Source: an uncultured virus (IMG/VR IMGVR_UViG_3300046331_000190)
Lineage: Duplodnaviria; Heunggongvirae; Uroviricota; Caudoviricetes
IMG/VR virus record: IMGVR_UViG_3300046331_000190
DNA: 63,156 bases
Reading direction: 5' to 3' (one strand)
The position numbers were made by a program, and so were the translations under genes. How positions within the stretch are numbered: position 1 is the stretch's first letter; the number at the start of each line of letters is the position of its first letter. The notes under the pieces were generated by a model. The model was not told where the DNA came from and ran no database searches. It was given only the letters and a program-made list of their open reading frames with translations. This document shows positions 10,842-19,486 of the stretch, one piece after another.

Positions 10842-11752
10842 TACTTAAAGGTAGTATTTGAAGCTGAACTAAACATTGCATAGTATCTATTGTATTGGGC
10901 TTTTCTGTTCTTAGCCCATAGATCATGCATCTCCTGGAAGTTAGGAGTATTAACTATTGATAAAGCATTGTTTCTTGCAGCTCTATACAACGGTTCAATA
11001 AGTTGAATCTGATTAGTAACGGTATTCTCACCGTTCATAAACAAGTTTTCAAGAATACGTTTCTTTAAAGCATACTCATAGTATTCGTTAATCATTGGAT
11101 GATCAAGAACTAATAAGTTACCATCTTCGTCTTCTAATGATCCTTCGTAGTTTATGTAGATCTTACCTTCTGTTAGATTGGTATGAATAAAACCATTCTT
11201 GATCTCTGCATGCCAAGCAGTGCTATCTCCTGCAAGCCCCATACTTTGAGCGTAACGAGATAAAAACTTACTTGGGTTCATATGTACTCTTTCGAAGTGA
11301 TCATAGATTCTAACCTCATTTCTGATCTTTTCAACAAGTACTACTTCTCCATGGTTATCACCATGTTGCTGAGTTGATGTAGTATACGTATCAGTACATC
11401 CACAAACAGTAGCTTCAGAGCCACATGATCTACAAACACCAGGATCAACAACAAGTGTTAATTCTTCTGTTTGACGACCAGCCATTACAGGAGTCTTTAC
11501 TTTATACTGACCTAACAACATTGCATTGTTAAGTACATAGAAGTCAAGAGGCAAACGAGCTTTTCCTTTTGTAATCTCAAGCACTGTCTCTTTTGTCTTA
11601 TTGATACGAAGACCAAGATCATAAGAAACCCGTTGAGCAACTTTGATAAGATCAGCTGGCTCAATCATCCCCTCAAGATTATACATACGAAAGTCAGATG
11701 ACACGGATGCCATTAACTCGTCAAAGGTGCGATATTGTAAGTCAGTATTCAT
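10841..11752 (-). CDS. Tail tubular/ring protein
   Basis: 303 aa; GKARLPLDF and NGFIHTNLTEGKIYINY..DEDG motifs; directly upstream of muzzle gene. Confidence 0.7.
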   Translation of the reverse strand: MNTDLQYRTFDELMASVSSDFRMYNLEGMIEPADLIKVAQRVSYDLGLRINKTKETVLEITKGKARLPLDFYVLNNAMLLGQYKVKTPVMAGRQTEELTLVVDPGVCRSCGSEATVCGCTDTYTTSTQQHGDNHGEVVLVEKIRNEVRIYDHFERVHMNPSKFLSRYAQSMGLAGDSTAWHAEIKNGFIHTNLTEGKIYINYEGSLEDEDGNLLVLDHPMINEYYEYALKKRILENLFMNGENTVTNQIQLIEPLYRAARNNALSIVNTPNFQEMHDLWAKNRKAQYNRYYAMFSSASNTTFK

Positions 11753-12429
11753 TATCTAAAGTTGCTTTGTTTATCAGCAGATACATCAGATGGTATCTGT
11801 AAAGTTATACCGAAGTCTTTCATTACGTTTGACTCAATCTCACCATGCAGGAAGTCAGGAACGTTAAAGGGTTCTAGTTGTCTAAAGTTACAGTCATCAG
11901 AAGGATCACAGTTCCAACATCCAACACTATCTTCAAAAGCGGCTTCAACTCTTACAGCATCCCAATCAAGATCTGGAAAGTATAAGTGATCGTTCAAGAA
12001 CCAGAAGTACTTTGTTTTATTATACTTATAGTTCTTCTGCTTTGCAATATTCAAGAACGTTGCAGGGGTTGTTGGTTGTAATGACTCACTACCATCAATA
12101 GAAGTTATCGAACGGATCAATGGTCCCCAGTATCCTTGCATGAATGCAGGTATCTTTGCCTTTGTACGTCTGAATGTAAGACCAGATTTAATACCTGTGC
12201 ACTGTGCCTCAACACGATCAATCTCAACAAGCTCAACATAGTCAAGCGTTTGAAAGATAGATGCAAAAGACATAATCTTATTCTTACCATCTTCACGCTT
12301 CATTAACCACTTAGCGTGTTTACTGATAAGACTATAAATAAAACGATCAGTTAAAAAGGCGTCTGATTTGACAGCCTTTAACTGATTACGTACTCGTGAG
12401 ATAACTTCTCCAATAGTGGTTCTTGCCAT
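11752..12429 (-). CDS. Tail ring/adaptor protein
   Basis: 225 aa; crAss-like ring pattern (SDAFLTDRFI..YFWFLNDHLY..VEAAFED); translationally coupled to the next gene. Confidence 0.65.
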   Translation of the reverse strand: MARTTIGEVISRVRNQLKAVKSDAFLTDRFIYSLISKHAKWLMKREDGKNKIMSFASIFQTLDYVELVEIDRVEAQCTGIKSGLTFRRTKAKIPAFMQGYWGPLIRSITSIDGSESLQPTTPATFLNIAKQKNYKYNKTKYFWFLNDHLYFPDLDWDAVRVEAAFEDSVGCWNCDPSDDCNFRQLEPFNVPDFLHGEIESNVMKDFGITLQIPSDVSADKQSNFR

Positions 12430-12436
12430 GATTGTA

Positions 12437-13021
12437 TTAATCTAAGTCGAACTCATCATAGTTAATGAGGTCTTCAGCTGTTTTCTTATCTTGTAGATCC
12501 TTTCGATTTGATATACGAAACATTCTAGAGACCTGCTGAAAGTTATCGATCACGGGATACTTCTTCCACTCAATCGGATAAGTCTTTGCAACAGTACGTT
12601 TAAAGTCTCTAACACCAGTAAAGCCCCACATATGATGAAACTTAAACCTGTACTTGACTTCAAAGTTGGTATAGAAGATCTTTGCTACGAACTGATCTGA
12701 CTCCCAGTTTTGTCTCTGCACTTTAACACCATAGATAGCAGACTTCTGATAGTCTGTATTATCTGTAATCTTTCGCTTACATGTACCTATGAATAAATAA
12801 CCAAGATGTTCTGGTAGTTCTACCCCATCTCTATTATCTATAACTGTTTCCCAGAGCTTGCCGTTTATTGCAATGACGATCTCTTTATACTCTTGGTATG
12901 TTAAAGAACGATACTTTGGATTCTTCTGTAAGAAGTTCCTGTAAGTATCCTGACTAAGTATGTTTAGTTTCTTTGGACGATACCGAGGAGCGTTTAAATC
13001 TGGTTGTTTATATACCTTCAT
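12437..13021 (-). CDS. HU/IHF-like DNA-binding protein (crAss-type)
   Basis: Basic 194 aa; helix then GVELPEHLGYLFIG, as in the IHF-like genes of crAss tail modules. Confidence 0.5.
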   Translation of the reverse strand: MKVYKQPDLNAPRYRPKKLNILSQDTYRNFLQKNPKYRSLTYQEYKEIVIAINGKLWETVIDNRDGVELPEHLGYLFIGTCKRKITDNTDYQKSAIYGVKVQRQNWESDQFVAKIFYTNFEVKYRFKFHHMWGFTGVRDFKRTVAKTYPIEWKKYPVIDNFQQVSRMFRISNRKDLQDKKTAEDLINYDEFDLD

Positions 13022-13039
13022 ATAGAGGCTCTTCTACTA

Positions 13040-13049
13040 ATAATTTACA
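13040..13049 (-). promoter_or_regulatory. Putative phage promoter
   Basis: TGTAAATTAT-TA-GTAGA. Confidence 0.6.
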
Positions 13050-13067
13050 AAAAATATGCCAAGTTTC

Positions 13068-14342
13068 CTATGAAAACATGATGTTCCCTTCAAGTATGCG
13101 TTCTGTATACTTCTCAACAATCTCATAACTACAACCTGGTCTGTTAGGTCCAAAGTTTGTTCCTATCCACTTACTGCCTCCAAATAAAGATAATACGTTA
13201 CGGTATCTAAATCCATAAGCTCCTTGACTAGCTGACATATGAAGATCCCCTTTAACTAAAGATACGTAACATGTATCTGGGTCAATCTTATTATACATCA
13301 AATACTTACGCAAGTAATTCTCAACCTTATCATTTAGATGTAAAGGTAAACCATGCTTCATATCAGCATCATCTTTACCATGAGTAAACATAAAGCAATG
13401 ATCTCCATACTGTACATGTTCAATAAATCTCTGAAAGATCTTTGTACTTACTTGTGGATACTTTGTATTTACATATATCTCTAAAGCTCTATTAACCATA
13501 TAGTCGAAGTCACCACCATGGTTTGAGTTAGCATTCTGATAAACATGATAGTTGTTTGCTACATCTGATGCAATCACTGAGTCTATAAACTCTTTTTCTG
13601 CTTCAACAGCTACTTCAAATGCTTCGCGGTTATTCATATTCTGAGGAAGCTTGTGACCACCTCTAGTTGTATAACCATCAAGACCATCCATCTTATCTCC
13701 CAAATCGATAATGAATACGTCCTCGAACTTGCCGAATATACTTTTCTGATAATGTATTTCATGTAATACTTCTGCTAAACGTTTTTTGTATACTGTTTTA
13801 TCATATGAGTTTGCATACATAGCAACCCCACCAACATACGCAGCGATATGTCTGTCAGATAAATAAACAAATAATGCTTTTTGATTTGATATCGATGGGT
13901 AGAGAGTGACAGGTTTGAAGTTTTTGTCTTGGAATACTCTCGCAATTATATGCTCTGCGTCTTCTATTGATAAGTCGCCGTCTTTTTTCTTTACTACTAA
14001 TGCTGATACTAACCAGCCGTTCTTCTTTTGTTTGTTCCAGAATCGATTAAGTTCCCACTTTGATAAATCGATCTTCAGTACTCTAATGATCTCTTCTGCT
14101 GATTGAGGTTGTTCTGTTGTAGTACCTGTTATCTTTGCAGTACCATCCTTTACATTCTCTTCAATCTCGATATCGTAAGCTAAGTCAGGGGCATCTGGAT
14201 TGAACTTCTGGTCTAAAAGGACTTGTCGTTTTAACTTCTTGTATTGTAAAAGCGATAGTCCTAGTTTGTCAGCACAATACATGTTACTCTTCTTCCAGGT
14301 AATGCTGTGTGCTACTAATTCATTGATAGATTTAGTACTCAT
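13068..14342 (-). CDS. Calcineurin-like metallophosphoesterase with N-terminal extension
   Basis: SDRH, LGDKMDG, SNH, THG and GDLH metal-binding motifs. Confidence 0.8.
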   Translation of the reverse strand: MSTKSINELVAHSITWKKSNMYCADKLGLSLLQYKKLKRQVLLDQKFNPDAPDLAYDIEIEENVKDGTAKITGTTTEQPQSAEEIIRVLKIDLSKWELNRFWNKQKKNGWLVSALVVKKKDGDLSIEDAEHIIARVFQDKNFKPVTLYPSISNQKALFVYLSDRHIAAYVGGVAMYANSYDKTVYKKRLAEVLHEIHYQKSIFGKFEDVFIIDLGDKMDGLDGYTTRGGHKLPQNMNNREAFEVAVEAEKEFIDSVIASDVANNYHVYQNANSNHGGDFDYMVNRALEIYVNTKYPQVSTKIFQRFIEHVQYGDHCFMFTHGKDDADMKHGLPLHLNDKVENYLRKYLMYNKIDPDTCYVSLVKGDLHMSASQGAYGFRYRNVLSLFGGSKWIGTNFGPNRPGCSYEIVEKYTERILEGNIMFS

Positions 14343-14430
14343 AAGTTACTCTTTTTGTTGTTAGTTACACTTATGGAAGATAAAACTGATAAAAATATTC
14401 CATACTTCCAAGCTTTTGTTAGTTTAATAC

Positions 14431-14465
14431 AAAATAAAGACCCCCGCCATTTCTAGCAAGGGGTC
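14431..14465 (-). terminator. Intrinsic terminator
   Basis: GACCCC..GGGGTC stem followed on the minus strand by TTTATTTT. Confidence 0.55.
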
Positions 14466-14506
14466 CCGTTTGTCAGAAGAAAACCAACAAAACTTCAGAC
14501 AATGTC

Positions 14507-15469
14507 TTATAAACCAGGTGATGTATCCGATATAGGAAGAGTTATACTCTTTGTTATCCCTGGTGATGTTAATGTCAATAAAAAGTTTTCGACTCCTTCT
14601 GTTGTTACATCGTTTACGAATGTAAAGACCTTTGAAGCTGTACCATTATTAACTGTAAATGTTCCTGTTAATCCTGCAGAACCAACTGATAAGTCAGCAG
14701 ACTGAATACCAGTCACCTCATAGTTAATGTTTGTTCCGTTAGATACGTTTGTTGTTGTTAATACAACAGTAATAGTTTGACCTTCAGCTCCTACGTTTGT
14801 TTGTGTACCGTAGATATAAGCTTTAAGATCGTAAGTTGGAGTTAGTGTACCACCACCAACTGCACATCCTAATGTTACTTGCCAACTATCTGTTATTGTT
14901 GCATGACCGGCATGCTCAACAATAAGATAAAAGAAGCGACCATCTCCAGATGCTTTTGGAAACGTTAATGTTCCTGAGATGTCTGTATTCAAAGAAGATC
15001 CCCAAGGACCAGCGTAATCTGCAACACCAACCCAGTTTGAGTTAGCAACTATATTATTATCTGAGTTATATACAGTAAATCTATTTGGCGTATCGTTTGC
15101 TATATAGTTTAAAGATATATTTGTTGATGATGAGTTGTCAACATCAATAAGTTCTTTTGGGTAGATATAAAAGCTAGGAGATAACTTACTTCTAACAAGT
15201 ATGTTTGCACATTTTGTTGATGCTAGTGCAGGCACTGACCATAGAGTCGAAGAACTATAATCATTATTGCCACAACTGTTCTCTATAGTACCTTCAACTG
15301 CAACACACATTGGGATGTTTGGTAACACTACTGGTGAACTAGTAAAGTTACCAGCAATAATATAGTTTGCACTACCAACGTTTCTCCAACGTACTCTGTA
15401 TCCGTTTGCAGGAGCAGGAGTAGATGGGTTAAAGTTAATCGTTATAGTTCTAGTAACAGGGCAAGCCAT
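14507..15469 (-). CDS. Fn3 + Calx-beta/Ig-like virion decoration protein
   Basis: GYRVRWR..EGTIENSC (Fn3-like); EGQTITVVL..DVTTEGVENFLLTL (Calx-beta-like). Start placed at MACPV. Confidence 0.6.
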   Translation of the reverse strand: MACPVTRTITINFNPSTPAPANGYRVRWRNVGSANYIIAGNFTSSPVVLPNIPMCVAVEGTIENSCGNNDYSSSTLWSVPALASTKCANILVRSKLSPSFYIYPKELIDVDNSSSTNISLNYIANDTPNRFTVYNSDNNIVANSNWVGVADYAGPWGSSLNTDISGTLTFPKASGDGRFFYLIVEHAGHATITDSWQVTLGCAVGGGTLTPTYDLKAYIYGTQTNVGAEGQTITVVLTTTNVSNGTNINYEVTGIQSADLSVGSAGLTGTFTVNNGTASKVFTFVNDVTTEGVENFLLTLTSPGITKSITLPISDTSPGL

Positions 15470-15471
15470 AA

Positions 15472-16464
15472 TTAACAAGTAGGAGTTGTAGGGCAGAATA
15501 CTAAACCTGCAGTATTACTAACCGCACAGTTAAAGTTAATATCTTCTGGAACACAGTTTGCTTGACCACAGTCAACAACATCATATTTCCAATAGTCTAA
15601 ATAAGCAGTTGGTTGTCCAGCTGGAATAGTAATCGTTTGAGTATATACAGGATCAACACCACCCCAACACTGGTTATACGTAAATCGTAGTACTACATCT
15701 GTTGATGATGTTCTTGTGGTGTTTAATCCGTTTTGATCTTTTATAGTAACACGTACTCTGTTAACTATTCTATTATAAGATGTTGCTGGATTAGTTCCAG
15801 TACATTCTTGTTGACTATCACTTAACCATCCGTCTTCAACAAGAATACATGTAGGTACAGGAGTAGGTTGACTACCGCCTGAGATAGATGTATCAACAAT
15901 AGTACAAGACTTGCTTACAGTTAATCCATCAAGAGTAATTGTAAACGTCTCTGTTCCTTCTGTTGTTAAGTCAGCCGCAATAGCAAAAGACTTTGTATCA
16001 CTATGTCCTGTGTTCTCAATAACAAAGTTACCTGCTAGTGGAGCAGAACCTGGTCCTAAATCTGCAAGTTGTAATCCAGTTACTGTATAAGGTATCTGAG
16101 TACCGTAACTTATATTTTCTGTAACTAGTTTTGCTAAAATAACAGAACCTTCGTTTGCAGTTGTAATAGGATAACCATTACCATCAGTTAATGTCAATGT
16201 ATATCCTGGAACAGTTGGTCCTGGAGGAGTTATTTGTCCTGCAGTTGTAAAGTTAGTCTTTGCTCCAGTAACACCCGCACACTCAACTTGTATATAACCT
16301 TCATATTGAGCTGTTGGATCAACACCAGTAATAATAGCTGGACTAGTAAAGATATTTGCAGGTAAGAAACTATAAGAAGAATCTGTAGTCTTCTTATAAG
16401 CTACCTTATATCCTAGCACTGGTACAGTACCGTTAATAATAAAGTTGACTGTTAATGTTGCCAT
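15472..16464 (-). CDS. Fn3 + Calx-beta-like, Cys-rich decoration protein (paralog of 14507..15469)
   Basis: GYKVAYKK..YEGYIQVEC; DLTTEGTETFTITL; Cys-rich C-terminus. Confidence 0.6.
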   Translation of the reverse strand: MATLTVNFIINGTVPVLGYKVAYKKTTDSSYSFLPANIFTSPAIITGVDPTAQYEGYIQVECAGVTGAKTNFTTAGQITPPGPTVPGYTLTLTDGNGYPITTANEGSVILAKLVTENISYGTQIPYTVTGLQLADLGPGSAPLAGNFVIENTGHSDTKSFAIAADLTTEGTETFTITLDGLTVSKSCTIVDTSISGGSQPTPVPTCILVEDGWLSDSQQECTGTNPATSYNRIVNRVRVTIKDQNGLNTTRTSSTDVVLRFTYNQCWGGVDPVYTQTITIPAGQPTAYLDYWKYDVVDCGQANCVPEDINFNCAVSNTAGLVFCPTTPTC

Positions 16465-16727
16465 TAGTAAGTATTACCAGCTGAAATTGAACTAAAAGGA
16501 GTTGGGTTTGTATAAGTTGTTACACCATTAGTAACACAGATGCCTTCAACAGTACCCTCATATAAAACTGTGTTATCGTTTATAGGGATTGTAATAACGT
16601 TTCCTGCACCAGTATGGATATATTCTGTATAAGAAGTTGTTCCTTCTTTTCTATACCGTATACGCAAACCTCCTGAAAAGTTAGAAGGTGACGTAGTTAA
16701 TGATATAGTCAAGAATCCGTTAGCCAT
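16464..16727 (-). CDS. Single Fn3-like domain protein
   Basis: RIRYRKEGTTSY..YEGTVEGIC, the same pattern as neighbouring Fn3 domains. Confidence 0.55.
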   Translation of the reverse strand: MANGFLTISLTTSPSNFSGGLRIRYRKEGTTSYTEYIHTGAGNVITIPINDNTVLYEGTVEGICVTNGVTTYTNPTPFSSISAGNTY

Positions 16728-16729
16728 TG

Positions 16730-17248
16730 TTAAGCAGCTTTTGTTGTTACACTAATAGTTACTGAAGAACAGTTTGTAGCACCAGCACTAACACTAGCTA
16801 CTTTGAAGTAATAAGTTGTAGCTGCTGTTAATCCAGTAATCTGTTTTGTTGATAATCCAGTAACAACTACATCAGTCCATGCAGAAGCTGATGATGTTTT
16901 GTATTGTAATGTTAAACTAGTAGTATCAGCAGCTGTATTCCAAGCAACAGTAATTGCACTAGCTGTAATTGCAGTTGAGCGTAACTTAGTTACACACTTT
17001 AAGGTTGGGCTAATACACTCTGGAGCAGTAATACCAACAATAAGCTTTTGCAAGATCTCATCTAAACGTTCTCCGTTTGTAATCTTTGCTTCTAAGATAT
17101 TATCTCCTGAGTATTTAACACAACCAAGTAATGCTAACTCTTCGCATGGTTCTCCATCAACACAAGCAGTTGTTATTGCTGGTACTGGAGGACAACCTGC
17201 GCATGGGTTGCAATTAGATAAAGGCAAAGATGAATCGCTGCAGCTCAT
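16730..17248 (-). CDS. Cys-rich N-terminus + fibronectin type III protein
   Basis: ITVAW..LQYK..ITGLTAATTYYFKVAS is a canonical Fn3 signature. Confidence 0.7.
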   Translation of the reverse strand: MSCSDSSLPLSNCNPCAGCPPVPAITTACVDGEPCEELALLGCVKYSGDNILEAKITNGERLDEILQKLIVGITAPECISPTLKCVTKLRSTAITASAITVAWNTAADTTSLTLQYKTSSASAWTDVVVTGLSTKQITGLTAATTYYFKVASVSAGATNCSSVTISVTTKAA

Positions 17249-17260
17249 AGTTTAGTGGTA

Positions 17261-18766
17261 TTAAGATACTGTTGGTGTTCCTGCAATCGTTGGAGGTAAT
17301 CCGCAAGTTGTAGAACCAGTGTCAGTGTTTAAAGTAGTGTATGGAGCAGATGGACAAACTACAGGAGCTAGGCTACCAATAGTTGTTGTTGCTCTAACTT
17401 TGTATGCAGTTCCTTGTAACAAGTTAGTGAATACATCAGATACGATTGCTTGTGGGTTGTTAAAGGTCTTTGTTGAAAGAACAACATCACCACTTGATAA
17501 CAATTCGATCTTGTATACTGCGTTGTCGTTAATAGGAGGAGCAAACGAGAATGCCATTGTTGTTGCTCCTGGAACTACAGTTAATGTAGGGCAAGAGTTT
17601 GTAGCACTATCAGATCCTTTTGTAATAGTCTTGTTACACTGAACACCAGAGTTTGTCAATGATGAAGCAAGTGTAAATGTTAACTTAGTAGCTAAGTTCA
17701 ATGGTGTTCCAGATAACTGAATCACAAGTGGGTTAGCAGAGTTAACAACACCAATAACGTCAACGTAGATTGGGTGTGAGTTACCAAGAGCATCAGTGAT
17801 GGTTAACTTAGATCCTTTTGAATCTGTGTTAGTCCATCCAGTAGGTACAGAACTGTAACCACTAAAGAACAAGTTAACCGCAGTACCATTGTTAATCATT
17901 GCTGGAGCAAAGTCAACAATAACGTTTGCACAATCTGGCTTGATTAAGTCTTTTATGTTATTGAATGCTGTACGTAAGTCAATAAGAGTAACCCATAAGT
18001 TAGAGATAGTATCTGCAACTGTACTAACTGTTGGTTTCCAACCAGTTAAAGCAGACATAGTACCTGTAACAGATAATGCAGGAGAAGTACTTAATGAACT
18101 TGGTTGTAATCCAGCAGCACTTGTTAATGCTGAGTTAGTACCTAATGCTGTACGAATACCACAAACCTGAGCTTGTAGATTTAATAAAGCATCACTAATA
18201 GATTGTGTAGTAGTTGTACCACCACAAGTTAAAGTAACTTGACCTTCTGTAGCTGAGTTTCCTAATACTGCTTGTTCTAATACAGTAATACGATTACCAT
18301 AAGAACTAAGAGTTGAAGTATGTGCACTAACAGTACCATCAATAGTACAAACCTTAAGCCCAATAAGACGTGTATATTCAGTATGCTGTTTTGTTGTTAT
18401 TGGATCTCCATTACTATCTGTTGTTCTGAAACATTGTGCAATAGTAATGAGAGGATCTTCAACAGTAGGTCCAGCACCGATATCATTAATAAGATCTTCT
18501 AGTGTACACGTCTTTGTAATCAAAAGAGTTAAGATGTTCTCGATTGATTTATCTGTAACGTTAACGCTTGTTAAACAAGACAAGTCAACGTCTAAGTTTT
18601 GATTACCTGAGTTACAGATAAAATCTGCAAGCTTGTATATAACAGATGATACAGTGTCTCCTGTGCATAAACTTAAACATGGTAAGGCAGGACCTTGCCA
18701 AATAACGCAGTTTGATGATACTGGAGAGCACCCTTGATCTGCTGTATTAGAACGTGTGGGTAGCAT
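17261..18766 (-). CDS. Head/tail fibre-like protein (Cys-containing N-terminus, coiled coil, C-terminal Fn3)
   Basis: SSNCVIWQGPALPCL N-terminus; heptad segments; FTNLLQGTAYKVRA. Confidence 0.55.
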   Translation of the reverse strand: MLPTRSNTADQGCSPVSSNCVIWQGPALPCLSLCTGDTVSSVIYKLADFICNSGNQNLDVDLSCLTSVNVTDKSIENILTLLITKTCTLEDLINDIGAGPTVEDPLITIAQCFRTTDSNGDPITTKQHTEYTRLIGLKVCTIDGTVSAHTSTLSSYGNRITVLEQAVLGNSATEGQVTLTCGGTTTTQSISDALLNLQAQVCGIRTALGTNSALTSAAGLQPSSLSTSPALSVTGTMSALTGWKPTVSTVADTISNLWVTLIDLRTAFNNIKDLIKPDCANVIVDFAPAMINNGTAVNLFFSGYSSVPTGWTNTDSKGSKLTITDALGNSHPIYVDVIGVVNSANPLVIQLSGTPLNLATKLTFTLASSLTNSGVQCNKTITKGSDSATNSCPTLTVVPGATTMAFSFAPPINDNAVYKIELLSSGDVVLSTKTFNNPQAIVSDVFTNLLQGTAYKVRATTTIGSLAPVVCPSAPYTTLNTDTGSTTCGLPPTIAGTPTVS

Positions 18767-18806
18767 AGGGCTTAATATTAGTGTCTGGATTACTTCAGTC
18801 TACACT

Positions 18807-18816
18807 ATAATATACT
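18807..18816 (-). promoter_or_regulatory. Putative phage promoter
   Basis: AGTATATTAT-AGT-GTAGA. Confidence 0.6.
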
Positions 18817-18840
18817 TAAAACTGAGGTACTTTACAAATA

Positions 18841-18876
18841 AAAACAAAGAAGCCATGAATAATATACTCATGGCTT
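18841..18876 (-). terminator. Intrinsic terminator (its loop matches the phage promoter motif)
   Basis: Perfect 9-bp stem AAGCCATGA/TCATGGCTT; minus-strand tail CTTTGTTTT. Confidence 0.65.
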
Positions 18877-18910
18877 ACTTATACTATATGAGGAATAATA
18901 AGGGTTAGAA

Positions 18911-19426
18911 TTACTCAACTGATGCAGTTGGCTTTTCCTCTTTTTTTGTCTTCAAGAGTTTGAAGAGCACGGGGTAGGACTCGTCTGTTTTAAAATCAAA
19001 CGCGGCAATCGTAAATGGATAGTGAGAAACATCTTTTGTTTCACCGAATAATTTGTTCATATCTTCGTTAAACTCAACAAACTTAGGGTTGAACTGCTTT
19101 AACTCTTTACCGTCTTCTCCTAACTTTGGTTGACCTTCTTCGTCAAGAACTGGAATAGTCATTGGTAAGTTGTATCCACCTTTATCATCAGCTTCACCAA
19201 GCTTCGTGATTAACTCCTCACGTAACTTATCAACTGTCTTTTTGTGAGCAGCGATGGTGTCTGATAAATCAGTTAACCAATAACGGTGAACCATTGATAA
19301 AGGATGACCAAGAACTCCTTTTGTAACTTTCTCACCAGTCTGTTGATCGACTTGTCCGTTGATCTCTGACTCAAGTAAGTAAATCTCCCCAATGCTTAGG
19401 GTAGTAACTAGATTGTTTTTTGACAT
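18911..19426 (-). CDS. Hypothetical protein (DUF1617-like), independently transcribed
   Basis: 171 aa helical and acidic; has its own promoter motif (19463-19472) and terminator. Confidence 0.5.
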   Translation of the reverse strand: MSKNNLVTTLSIGEIYLLESEINGQVDQQTGEKVTKGVLGHPLSMVHRYWLTDLSDTIAAHKKTVDKLREELITKLGEADDKGGYNLPMTIPVLDEEGQPKLGEDGKELKQFNPKFVEFNEDMNKLFGETKDVSHYPFTIAAFDFKTDESYPVLFKLLKTKKEEKPTASVE

Positions 19427-19462
19427 GATGGTTGTATTTGGTTTGTAAATATATACTACATT

Positions 19463-19472
19463 ATAATATACC
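19463..19472 (-). promoter_or_regulatory. Putative phage promoter
   Basis: GGTATATTAT-AAT-GTAGT. Confidence 0.55.
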
Positions 19473-19486
19473 TATAATCTGGCAGA

